Source: Pseudomonadota bacterium
GTDB lineage: Bacteria > Myxococcota_A > UBA796 > SXON01
NCBI GenBank assembly: GCA_030685065.1
Contig: JAUXQH010000095.1
Coordinates: 142,855-206,854, forward strand
DNA: 64,000 bases
Direction of reading: 5' to 3'
Under the pieces are notes generated by a model. The model did not search any database and was not told the origin of the DNA. It saw only the letters and a list, made by a program, of their open reading frames with translations. Position numbers and translations under genes: made by a program. Positions 34,995 to 44,098 of this stretch are shown here, piece after piece; the stretch's first letter is position 1; each line of letters opens with the position of its first letter.

Positions 34995-37363
34995 ACGGTC
35001 GCGCCGCGCTCCACCGCGCCGGTGGCCCACACGCGCCCTCCGTGACGGCCGATGATCCGGTGGGTGGTCGCGAGGCCGATCCCGGTGCCGGGAAACTCGG
35101 CCGGCCGGTGCAGGCGCTCGAAGGGACGGAACAACTTCCTGGCGTAGCTGGGGTCGAAGCCGGCTCCGTCATCGCGCACGAAGTACACGGTCTCGCCCTC
35201 CAGCCGGGTCCGCCCGACCTCGATGCGCGCGGCGGGGTGCCCGCTCGTGAACTTCCATGCGTTGTCGAGCAGGTTCTGCATGACGATCCGGAGCAGGCCC
35301 GGATCTCCGCACACGATCAGGTCGGGCTCGACCGAGAGCGTGACCACGCGCGCAGGCGCCGCCTCACGCAGCTCCTCGGCGACCACACCCACGATCTGCC
35401 CGAGATCCACGTCCTCGTGGCGTACCTCGGCCCGGCTCGCGCGGGACAGCGTGAGGAGGTCGTCGATGAGGTCACCCATACGGCTCGCCGCCACTCGGAT
35501 GCGGGAGAGGTAATCCGCCGCGTCGGGGGTGAGCCCGGACCCGAGCTCCTCCTCCAAGGCCTTGCCAAACCCGTTGATGGCACGCAGCGGCCCGCGCAAA
35601 TCATGCGCGATGGAATAGCCGAACGACTCCATGTGCTCGAACGCGACCGCCAGCTCGGCCGTTCGCTGGGCGACCCGTTGCTCGAGCTCCGCGTTGGCCC
35701 GCTCGACGGCGAGCTGCGCCTCGCGCCGCTCGGTCACGTCCGCGATGGCGCCGATGACACGCTGCGGACGCCCGCCCGGCCCGTAGCGCAGGCAGGCGTT
35801 GTCCAGGACATGTGCGTAGCTGCCGTCCAGCCGCCTGAAGCGATACTCCGCCTCCCAGGTGGACGCACGGGCCTCCAACGCGGCGTCCAGACTCCCGAGC
35901 ACCCGCGGACGGTCGTCGGGATGAATGCGCTCCCTCCACCCCTCCAGGCACTCCGCCGTACCAAAAGACTGCCGCCACCGATCGTTGCGCCACACCTTCC
36001 CCGTGACCATGTCCGCGTCGTAGATGGCGTCGTGTGTGGCGGCCACCACGAGCCTCAAGCGCTCCTCGCTCCGGTGCAACGCGTCCTCGGCTCGCGTACG
36101 CTCGGTGATGTCCGTGGACATGCCACACACGGCATACGGCCGGCCCTGGTCCCCCATGAGGGGAAACCGGACCGTGACGTAGATCCGAGGGCCCGCTGAC
36201 GTCGGGATTGTGTCCTCGGTGGTACGCGCCTGGCCGGTCCGCAGGATCTCCTGGTACGCGTCCTCGGCCTGCTGCGCGCGGCCGGGCCACAGTTGCCGGG
36301 CGGTCATTCCGACCAGCTCCTTGCGGGGCCTGCCCGCGATCCGCTCGAACGCGCGGTTGACGAAAAGATACCGGCCGTCCGGGCGCACCGCGAAGATGAC
36401 AGCGCTCGCGTTGTCGATCACGTCCTGCCTCTGCTGGTCACCGCGGCGGCGCTCCGCCAGCGCCGCGGACAGGGCCAGGGAAGAGAAGGTCGCGGACGAG
36501 AGATAGGCCTGGAGGGCGAGCAACCGATCCATCGGCGAGCCCCCCAGCTCCGCGAACATGCCACGGCCCCGGGTGGTGTGGTACGCCGCGAGGACGTTGA
36601 GGATCGCCGCGGCGGCCGTGGCCCCCCGGAGCTCGTACCTCACCGCCGCCCACAACATGAGCGGGAAAACCAGCACGCCGGGGATGCTGCGTAGCTCCGT
36701 CCCCATGGGCCGACCCCCGAAAAGCGCCTGAGCGGCCAGCGCGATGGCCCCCAGGAGCAGCCCGCCCAGGAGCACCTCCAACGGGCGAATCTTCGTCCGG
36801 CCGCTCCCGAGCCACACCAGCAGCACCGGCGCCACGACGAGCACGCCCAGCGCGTCCCCGAACCACCAGGCGCTCCAGCTCGTCCGCCACGAGGGCGCGT
36901 CCAGCCACCACACGGCCGCCGTGGCGGCCATCGCGGCGCCGACACACGGCGACAGCACGACGCCCACCCCTACGAGCGCCACCAGGTCCTTCACACTACC
37001 CAGTCGGAAGGGCGCTCCCCGAACCCGTCGGAGGAGGCTCGCGGAGAGGAGCGGCTCCCCACTGGCCGCCACCGCCCAAGCCAGACACACGGGCAACGGG
37101 AGCCCCTGGGCGAAGACGCCGACCAGCTCGCCCACGAAGATCGCCGACACATAGGCGGGCCACGTGCGCACGTCGTCCAGGAGCAACACGGCGAGGCACA
37201 GCCCCGCCGAGGGCCAGAACACCCCGATGCCCACCAGGGGAGGGAAGGCGAACAGGTAGCCCACCTGTGTCATCGCCATGAACACGAGGAAGAACGCAAG
37301 CGCTCGTAGCGCCACGAACCCATGGCGCAAAGGCGGCGCAGCGTTCGGAAACGCCTCCTTCAT
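34922..37363 (-). CDS. sensor histidine kinase (MASE1 membrane domain - two PAS domains - HisKA - HATPase_c)
   Basis: N-terminal ~300 aa hydrophobic MASE1-like region. PAS blocks (...AVIFAVRPDGRYLFVNRAFERIAGRPRKELVGM...; ...AIYDADMVTGKVWRNDRW...). H-box FGYSIAHDLRGPLRAI. N/G boxes LLDNAWKF...GTGIGLA. Confidence 0.85.
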   Translation of the reverse strand: MKEAFPNAAPPLRHGFVALRALAFFLVFMAMTQVGYLFAFPPLVGIGVFWPSAGLCLAVLLLDDVRTWPAYVSAIFVGELVGVFAQGLPLPVCLAWAVAASGEPLLSASLLRRVRGAPFRLGSVKDLVALVGVGVVLSPCVGAAMAATAAVWWLDAPSWRTSWSAWWFGDALGVLVVAPVLLVWLGSGRTKIRPLEVLLGGLLLGAIALAAQALFGGRPMGTELRSIPGVLVFPLMLWAAVRYELRGATAAAAILNVLAAYHTTRGRGMFAELGGSPMDRLLALQAYLSSATFSSLALSAALAERRRGDQQRQDVIDNASAVIFAVRPDGRYLFVNRAFERIAGRPRKELVGMTARQLWPGRAQQAEDAYQEILRTGQARTTEDTIPTSAGPRIYVTVRFPLMGDQGRPYAVCGMSTDITERTRAEDALHRSEERLRLVVAATHDAIYDADMVTGKVWRNDRWRQSFGTAECLEGWRERIHPDDRPRVLGSLDAALEARASTWEAEYRFRRLDGSYAHVLDNACLRYGPGGRPQRVIGAIADVTERREAQLAVERANAELEQRVAQRTAELAVAFEHMESFGYSIAHDLRGPLRAINGFGKALEEELGSGLTPDAADYLSRIRVAASRMGDLIDDLLTLSRASRAEVRHEDVDLGQIVGVVAEELREAAPARVVTLSVEPDLIVCGDPGLLRIVMQNLLDNAWKFTSGHPAARIEVGRTRLEGETVYFVRDDGAGFDPSYARKLFRPFERLHRPAEFPGTGIGLATTHRIIGRHGGRVWATGAVERGATVYFTLPAPVTGACGPTIPTSISNP

Positions 37364-37506
37364 CGTTACGCAACACTGTCAGTCCGGGCCGGACCCATAG
37401 GCCGAAGCTAGGCGCAGGAGCGGCTCACGACGCGCCCTCCCCGCATCGACGGATCCGTTTTACAGGATGTGTCACCGTCGCGGCGAGATCTCGCTCTGGC
37501 GGCGCC

Positions 37507-38910
37507 TCACTCACACGCCACGAGCAGCGCATTCTCGGGGTCGTCCGACCAGTCGTTCGCGCGCACCCAGTTACACACCTGCGTGCGCAGCACCCCAGCC
37601 ACCTCTGGCCGGGTGTCGGCCAGGTTGGTGAGCTCCGAAGGGTCGTCCGGCAGGTGGTACAGCTCCTCGGGGGCGCCGGGGAACGGGAGCTCCCCGTCAT
37701 AGTGCTTGCACTTGCTGTACCCGGCCTTCGGGTCCAGGATGTATTTCCAGTTGCCGAGGATCACCCCTGCTGTCTCCGAACCACGCTCGAAGAACGCGGG
37801 GTGTTGCGGCTCGATGCAGCCGCGCACGTTCGAAAGGAGGGACCTCCCCTCGCCCGGGCCGCCGAACGGGAGCCCGGCAACCTCGAGCAGGGTGGGGACC
37901 AGGTCGACGGAGGGCACCCAATTCGCAAGCACCTCGCCGGCAGGCAAACGCCCAGGCGCGCGCAACCCGAAGGTCGAGGCCATGACACCGTTGTAGGGCG
38001 AACATCCGTGAAAGAAATAGCCCGAGCGCCGCGCGAGCTCGTCGCCATGGTCGAACGCGATGACGATCACCGCGTCCTCCAGGCGGCCTGCGGCCGAGAG
38101 CGCGGCGAGCAAGGCGGCGACGTGCTCGTCGGTCTGGCGGAGCTGGCTCGCGTAGATGGCTTCGACGTGGCGTCGGTCGTCGTCCCCATACGGCGTGTCC
38201 CCACGCGACACCGCCAACAGCTCGGCCTCCGTCGGATCCTGCAACGCCCCCTCGTAGGTGTCCGGATGGAATTCCGCGTACCAGGGATCGCGCCGATCAT
38301 ACGGGTCGTGGGGGTCCATGAAGTGGACCCAACCGAAGAACGGCTCGTCCGTCGGCAGCGCCGCGATGGCCTCGGCGGCCTCCGTCGCGAGCCGGGCGTC
38401 GCCCACGTCCTGCTGCGTGCCGGGCACCTCGTCGTCGGATTGGCAGCTCCGGTGCTGCACCGCGGGATCCCCGTCGAGCAGGAAGCACATGTTGGCCAAC
38501 CAACCGTACGTGGTGTACCCAGCCGCGCCGAAGCGTTGGTAGAGCGTCTCCACCCCCGCGGCGATGCCCGCCCCGCCCGCCTCGGGGGGCTCGTTGTCCC
38601 GCACGCGGTGTGTCACCGGATAGGCGCCGGTCACCATCGTCGCCATCGACACGGCGGAGAGCCCCCGTGGCACGAGCACGTTGTCCAGCCGTACCCCCTC
38701 CGCGAACAGGGCGTCGATCGTGGGGGTGGTGTCCCACTCCGGGTGATGGACGCCGAGAAAATCGCGGTTCACCGTGTCCACGCTGATGAGGAGCACCGTG
38801 TGCGGGGGGCCGTCGGCCGTCACCGCGCCGGGGTTCTCCGGGCACGTGGCGCCCGGCTCGTCGGTCACGGCCGGGCCGGTGCAAGCGGCGAGGAGGAGCA
38901 GGAGCATCAC
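37507..38910 (-). CDS. sulfatase-like (alkaline-phosphatase superfamily) lipoprotein lacking the C/S-x-P-x-R formylglycine motif
   Basis: MMLLLLLAACTGP lipobox. LLISVDTVNRDF...; FFGWVHFMDPHDPY...; AFDHGDE...; the position of the usual CxPxR reads SAVSMATMVTG. Confidence 0.7.
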   Translation of the reverse strand: MMLLLLLAACTGPAVTDEPGATCPENPGAVTADGPPHTVLLISVDTVNRDFLGVHHPEWDTTPTIDALFAEGVRLDNVLVPRGLSAVSMATMVTGAYPVTHRVRDNEPPEAGGAGIAAGVETLYQRFGAAGYTTYGWLANMCFLLDGDPAVQHRSCQSDDEVPGTQQDVGDARLATEAAEAIAALPTDEPFFGWVHFMDPHDPYDRRDPWYAEFHPDTYEGALQDPTEAELLAVSRGDTPYGDDDRRHVEAIYASQLRQTDEHVAALLAALSAAGRLEDAVIVIAFDHGDELARRSGYFFHGCSPYNGVMASTFGLRAPGRLPAGEVLANWVPSVDLVPTLLEVAGLPFGGPGEGRSLLSNVRGCIEPQHPAFFERGSETAGVILGNWKYILDPKAGYSKCKHYDGELPFPGAPEELYHLPDDPSELTNLADTRPEVAGVLRTQVCNWVRANDWSDDPENALLVACE

Positions 38911-38971
38911 CGGAGAGCCTAGCCCAGGACGCGCGCGAAGGGGCGCGCGATCCGCCGCATCGATGGCCCGG

Positions 38972-40414
38972 TCAGAACCGGACCCGCCCCCCCACGCTCA
39001 CCATCGGGCCGTACAACTCCACGGGCTCCTGGTCCGCGTTGCCCCGCACCGACGCATAGCCGGCCCCGACACGGAGCCCGACGCTGCCCCGGTCGCCGTT
39101 GCCGCGCAGCCAGGAGCTAACGCCGCCTTCCACCCAGGTGGCGCCGGCGCGACCGGTGCCCCAGTCCACGAAGAGGTCCGTGCGGTCGCCGGTCGGGATC
39201 GCGAGCTCCATCGCGATCCCGCCGAACACGAACCCCTCCCCCTCGCTCACGGCGTAGGCGCCCTCGGTCTTGGTGGTCTCGTCCCAGGTGTACTCGACCC
39301 GGTAGGTCGGCGTGAGCAGCAGGGTGTTGCGGACGCCGACGCGCAGCCCGTCGCGCGCGCCGAGGCGGGCCTCCTGTACGAACGCGAAGGCGCGGTCGAC
39401 GTGGGGCACCGACACCTCGGGGGCGTCGGGGCCGGTCGGCAAGCCGCTGACGCCGGGGTCGCTGTCGAGCATCGACCAGCCGGCGCCCAGGCCTACCGAG
39501 AAGTAGCGGCTGTCGAAGCCGGCGGTGCCGAGCGCGGCGACGGTGAACGGGCTCCCCTCGCGGCTCCACCCCAGCCCGACCGGCGCGAGGCGGGCCTGCA
39601 CGTACCAGGGGGCGCGGAACACCCACGTCACCCAGAGCTCGTCCACCGTCGCGACGCCGACGGTCTGCAGGGCGAGGAGGGGGCGGATCACCAGCCCCAT
39701 CTCACGAAGCTCCCCGAGCCGCTCCGGCGCCACCGGGTAGACGTAGGCGCCGCGGTGCGGCTCGAGCCGATCCCCCACGTCCACCCGCCCGCCCCGTGCG
39801 AGGTCGACCAGGGCGCGGTGATCCTCGGTGAGGCGGACCCGCCCCGCCGCGACCACCCGCTCGACCGGGCGGCGCTCCATCCCGCGCATGTCGAGCGCCG
39901 GCACCACCCGCGTCTCGGCGCCGAGGAAGCGCACCTCGTCGCCCACGGCGAGCCCGTCGAGCGCGCCACGGTCGACCACCGCGACGCCGTTCCCCACCGT
40001 GAGCACCCGCGCGGGAGGCGCGGGCGCCGCCATCGGGGCCGAGCTCGGCGCGGGCTCCGGCGGCGTGCCCTCCGCGCCGGCCACCTCGGTCACCGGCACG
40101 GCGCGCGTCTCTCGCAGCTCGACCCACAACCGCCCGTCCGCCACGAACAGGCCCTCGGCCCCCGGCACCTCCCTCGTCGTGAGGAGCGCGGGCGGAGACA
40201 TCTCCCACGTCTCCAGCGCCCCCTCGGCGGTGAGCACGTACAGACGACCGCCCGCCTCCTGCGCCGCGCGCGGGGCGCGCGGGTACGTGGCGACCACCGC
40301 GCCATCCACCCGCACCTCTCCCCCGCTCAGGGTCACCTCCGCCGCCACCGCCGCCGCGATCCAGAGCCACATGGCGCCTCCGCCAGCAACGTAGGACCGA
40401 CGCATCGACCCCAA
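38972..40414 (-). CDS. hypothetical outer-membrane/secreted protein (signal peptide, C-terminal aromatic residue)
   Basis: MRRSYVAGGGAMWLWIAAAVAAEV signal. Gly/Val-rich beta-like C-terminal half ending ...MVSVGGRVRF (terminal Phe). Confidence 0.55.
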   Translation of the reverse strand: MGSMRRSYVAGGGAMWLWIAAAVAAEVTLSGGEVRVDGAVVATYPRAPRAAQEAGGRLYVLTAEGALETWEMSPPALLTTREVPGAEGLFVADGRLWVELRETRAVPVTEVAGAEGTPPEPAPSSAPMAAPAPPARVLTVGNGVAVVDRGALDGLAVGDEVRFLGAETRVVPALDMRGMERRPVERVVAAGRVRLTEDHRALVDLARGGRVDVGDRLEPHRGAYVYPVAPERLGELREMGLVIRPLLALQTVGVATVDELWVTWVFRAPWYVQARLAPVGLGWSREGSPFTVAALGTAGFDSRYFSVGLGAGWSMLDSDPGVSGLPTGPDAPEVSVPHVDRAFAFVQEARLGARDGLRVGVRNTLLLTPTYRVEYTWDETTKTEGAYAVSEGEGFVFGGIAMELAIPTGDRTDLFVDWGTGRAGATWVEGGVSSWLRGNGDRGSVGLRVGAGYASVRGNADQEPVELYGPMVSVGGRVRF

Positions 40415-40453
40415 GCGTTGGCTCCGGCGCGGATCAGCGGACGGATCCGGGCG

Positions 40454-40879
40454 TCAGCCTCCGGCCCGCTCCTTCGCGATCGCGGCGTCCACCCGCAGCT
40501 TGAGCGCCTCCAGATCCTCGCGCGCCGCGCCCTGCCCCGTGACGAACGGCGCGCCGCTCGTCTCCAACACCAGCCGGCTCCCGTCGATCCGCACCGCCCG
40601 GACCTGCTTCCACTCGACGCGGGAGCGCGCGGGCCCGATGAGCAGGTTCCGCAGCAGCCGCTCGTCCTCGACGACGAGCTTGCTGGAGATGACCCGGATG
40701 CGGCGGGTGCCGTACTGGTTGACGAGGACGATCAGGCCGACGACCGCGAGCCCCACCGCCGGGACGTAGTACGCGAGGTACGCGAGCGCCGCGGCGCCGC
40801 AGCCCAGCGCGATCCCGACCCCGACGGAAACGGGGTTCATCGGGAGGGGGCAGGAGATCCCGTCGTGGGTGATCGGCAT
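40454..40879 (-). CDS. hypothetical membrane protein (two TM helices plus bacterial PH-like domain); likely start MNPVSV at ~40840
   Basis: ...VGVGIALGCGAAALAYLAYYVPAVGLAVVGLIVLV... then RIRVISSKLVVEDERLL...EWKQVRAVRI, a bPH_2-like pattern. Confidence 0.5.
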   Translation of the reverse strand: MPITHDGISCPLPMNPVSVGVGIALGCGAAALAYLAYYVPAVGLAVVGLIVLVNQYGTRRIRVISSKLVVEDERLLRNLLIGPARSRVEWKQVRAVRIDGSRLVLETSGAPFVTGQGAAREDLEALKLRVDAAIAKERAGG

Positions 40880-40931
40880 GGCGACGCGCTATCCGATCGG
40901 GCGGCGGGGCGCCCGGAGCTCTACGTCGTCC

Positions 40932-41864
40932 TCAGACCTGCACCTTCACGATCCGCTTGATCATCCAGCCGCCGATGATCTGGAGCGTCAGCATCACGAA
41001 GATGAAGATCCATCCCAGCCACGTGGTCCAGAGCCGGGAGATGAGCTGGGGGTCCATCACCCACAGGATCCCGGCGAGCACGAACGGCATGAACACGATG
41101 ATCACGCCCTGCGCGATGCCCTGGGCGGTGAGGCTCTGGATGCGGCCCTGCACCTTCTTCCGCTCGCGGATGGTCTGGGCGACGGTGTCGAAGGTCTCCG
41201 ACAAGTTGCCGCCGGACTGCCGGAGGATGTTGATGCTCGTCACGATGATCTGGATGTCCTCGGTGCCGATGCGCTTCTCGAGGGCGAGCAGGGCGTCCTC
41301 GAGCGGCACGCCGAGGCGCTGCTCGTTGAGCATGAGCCCGAACTCCTGCGAGATCGGATCGGGCAGCTCCTCGCGCACCATGTCCATCGCCTGGAGCAGC
41401 GAGAGGCCGGACTTCAGGCCGTTCGACATGAACGCGAGCGCGTCCAGCAGCTGATCCTCGAAGCGGGCGACCCGGTTCTCCCACATCGTCTCGACCACGT
41501 AGCGGGGCAGTCGGTAGCCGACGGGCAGGCCGAAGGGGCCGATCACCAGCACGCCGATGACCATGACCCGGATGATGTGGTAGCCCCAGGGCTCGTACGG
41601 GATGCCGGTGGTGAGGAGCCAACCCGCGCTGCCGAACACCAGTACGGACCCGACGATCGAGGCGATGCACCAGCTCGCCGGGATCTGGAGGAACATGCGG
41701 TCGAACATGCCCTGCATCCACCGGACGTAGCCGTTGGTGGCGTTGTCGAAGCGGTCTCCGAACCAGGGCGCGGCGAACCACCCCACCATGAGCCACGCGG
41801 CGACCCCGGCGCCCGCGAACACGAGGCGAAAGGCGGTGAGGAGGTCCCAGATCTGCGGGAGCAT
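40932..41864 (-). CDS. Flp pilus assembly platform protein TadB/TadC-like (type II secretion system F family), single copy
   Basis: Real gene is the C-terminal 310 aa of track ORF 40932..44765, starting MLPQIWDLLTAF.... A T2SSF domain (...LKSGLSLLQAMDMVREELPDPISQEFGLMLNE...). The ATG overlaps the CpaE-CpaF stop by 1 nt (TGATG). Confidence 0.75.
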   Translation of the reverse strand: MLPQIWDLLTAFRLVFAGAGVAAWLMVGWFAAPWFGDRFDNATNGYVRWMQGMFDRMFLQIPASWCIASIVGSVLVFGSAGWLLTTGIPYEPWGYHIIRVMVIGVLVIGPFGLPVGYRLPRYVVETMWENRVARFEDQLLDALAFMSNGLKSGLSLLQAMDMVREELPDPISQEFGLMLNEQRLGVPLEDALLALEKRIGTEDIQIIVTSINILRQSGGNLSETFDTVAQTIRERKKVQGRIQSLTAQGIAQGVIIVFMPFVLAGILWVMDPQLISRLWTTWLGWIFIFVMLTLQIIGGWMIKRIVKVQV

Positions 41865-44098
41865 CAGGCGCGACCGCGCGGGATCGGCGCGTGCGAGGGC
41901 CCGGACGCACCCGAGGCGACGGCGCCCGGCCCCATCGGGGGCGCGGCGAAGATGCCACGGGGCAGCTCGATGCCGAGCGCGTCGAGCTTGCTCACGAACT
42001 TGGGGATGAACCCGGTCGCCATGTGCTGGCCGAGCACCTTGCGGTTCGAGTCGAGGCCCGTCTGCCTGAAGCTGTAGATCTCCTGGAGCGTGATGGTGTT
42101 GGCCTCCATGCCGGTCACCTCGGCCACGGAGATGACCTTGCGCGAGCCGTCCGACATGCGCGTGGTCTGCACCAGGATGTGCACGGCGCTCGCGATCTGC
42201 TCGCGGATGGCGCGGCTCGGCAGGTCGAGGCCGGCGAACATGACGAGCGTCTCGAGGCGGGAGATCGCGTCCCGCGGGGAGTTGGAGTGCACGGTCGTCA
42301 GCGAGCCGTCGTGACCGGTGTTCATCGCCTGGAGCATGTCGAGCGCCTCGGCGCCGCGGCACTCCCCGACCACGATGCGGTCGGGGCGCATGCGCAGGCA
42401 GTTCTTGACCAGGTCGCGGATCTTGACCTCGCCGATGCCCTCGATGTTCGGCGGGCGCGACTCCATGCGCACCACGTGGGGCTGCTTGAGCTGGAGCTCG
42501 GCGGCGTCCTCGACGGTGACGATGCGCTCGTCCTCCGGGATGAAGCTCGACAACACGTTGAGGAGCGTCGTCTTTCCGGAGCCCGTGCCGCCCGAGATGA
42601 GGATGTTGAGCCGCGCCTCCACACACGCGCGCAACAGGTCGGCGAGCTCGGGGGTGAACGCCCCGAAGCGCACCAGGTCGGCGACCTTGAAGGGCTCCTT
42701 CGCGAACTTTCGGATGGTGATCGCGGGGCCGTCGATCGCGAGCGGCGGGATGATCGCGTTCACGCGGCTGCCGTCCGGGAGGCGCGCGTCGACCATCGGC
42801 GACTTCTCGTCGATGCGGCGGCCGAGCGGCTGGACGATGCGCTCGATGACGGCGAGCAGCTGCTGATCGTCGGTGAACGAGAGGTTGGTCTTCTGGAGCT
42901 TGCCGCTGATCTCGACGAACACGTTGTCGCGCCCGTTGACCATGACTTCCGTCACGCGGTCGTCCGCGAGCAGATCCTCGAGGGGGCCGAGCCCGAGGGC
43001 CTCGTCGAGGACCTCCTTCACGATGCGCTTGCGGTCGGCGCGATCGGTGATGGTGCCGCCCTCCTCGTCGAGCACGCGCGAGATCGCGACCTCGGCGCGC
43101 TCGCGCAGGACCTTGTCGCGATCCTGGTTGTTCGCGAGTTCGCGATCCAGGCGCTTCAGATCCAACACTTCGACCAGGCGCTTGTGGATGAGCATCTTCA
43201 CGCCCGTGCGCGCGTCGATCTCGCCCTTGCGCGAGCCGCCGCGCCCGCCGCGGGACTTCATCCAGCCGGCGACCTCCTTCGCCTTGTCGTCGGCGATGAC
43301 CTGCCGACGCGCGTCGGTGACGCCCACGTCCTGGGGCCGCGCGAGCTGGCCGAGCTGATCGAGCACGCCCTTCTCCACGAGCTGGCGCGCGAGCTCGTCG
43401 TAGTGGCGCGTCAGCTTCTCGCGGGGGGCGTCGAGCACGAACGGCGTGCCGCGCGCCGCGTGCGTGGCGGTGAGCGTGTCGTCCTTCGGGAGCGTCACGA
43501 GCACCGGGCGGCCGAGGCGCCCCAACACGAGTTCCTTGGTGATCGGCCCGGCGGCGTCGAGGCGGTTGACGATGACCTTCACGAGCTGCTGCGGGAACTG
43601 GAGCTGCTGGAGCTGGTCGATCATCCGCCGGGTCGACTGGATGACGTTGAAGTCGGGCGTCGTGACCAGGAAGATGCCGCTCGACTTCTCCATCGCGGCC
43701 ACGCCGAACGGATCGACCCCCGCGCCGCAGTCCACCACGATGTAGTTGGCGAGCGGCAGGCAGAGCTCGAGCATCCGCTTCACGGCCTCGAGCGGCACCT
43801 TGTCGGCGGCGTCGGGAGAGGGGGCGATGGGCAGGAGGCCGAGCCCGGCGGGGTGGGCCGCGATGTAGGGCCCCACCGTTTCGGAGGTGAGCTGCTCGAG
43901 GTAGGGCGCGAAGTCGGCGATCGTCCGCACCTCGGTCAGGCCGAGGAGCGCGGCGCCATCGCCCGCGCCGGCGCGGTCGAGCTCGATCAGGAGCACGCGC
44001 TCCCGTGTCTCCTTGACGAAGGACAACGCGAGGTTGACCGCGAACGTCGTCTTGCCGACGCCGTCCCGTGCTCCGCCGACCGCGACCACGCGTGCCAT
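41864..44098 (-). CDS. fused CpaE/TadZ-like ParA/MinD-family ATPase (N-terminal ~270 aa) and CpaF/TadA secretion ATPase (C-terminal ~470 aa)
   Basis: N-terminus MARVVAVGGARDGVGKTTFAVNLALS (deviant Walker A). C-terminus ...ILISGGTGSGKTTLLNVL..., ...IVVGECRGAEALDMLQAMNTGHDGSLTTVHSNSP.. (T2SSE/VirB11 Walker A/B, His box). A single uninterrupted 744-aa frame. Confidence 0.8.
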   Translation of the reverse strand: MARVVAVGGARDGVGKTTFAVNLALSFVKETRERVLLIELDRAGAGDGAALLGLTEVRTIADFAPYLEQLTSETVGPYIAAHPAGLGLLPIAPSPDAADKVPLEAVKRMLELCLPLANYIVVDCGAGVDPFGVAAMEKSSGIFLVTTPDFNVIQSTRRMIDQLQQLQFPQQLVKVIVNRLDAAGPITKELVLGRLGRPVLVTLPKDDTLTATHAARGTPFVLDAPREKLTRHYDELARQLVEKGVLDQLGQLARPQDVGVTDARRQVIADDKAKEVAGWMKSRGGRGGSRKGEIDARTGVKMLIHKRLVEVLDLKRLDRELANNQDRDKVLRERAEVAISRVLDEEGGTITDRADRKRIVKEVLDEALGLGPLEDLLADDRVTEVMVNGRDNVFVEISGKLQKTNLSFTDDQQLLAVIERIVQPLGRRIDEKSPMVDARLPDGSRVNAIIPPLAIDGPAITIRKFAKEPFKVADLVRFGAFTPELADLLRACVEARLNILISGGTGSGKTTLLNVLSSFIPEDERIVTVEDAAELQLKQPHVVRMESRPPNIEGIGEVKIRDLVKNCLRMRPDRIVVGECRGAEALDMLQAMNTGHDGSLTTVHSNSPRDAISRLETLVMFAGLDLPSRAIREQIASAVHILVQTTRMSDGSRKVISVAEVTGMEANTITLQEIYSFRQTGLDSNRKVLGQHMATGFIPKFVSKLDALGIELPRGIFAAPPMGPGAVASGASGPSHAPIPRGRA

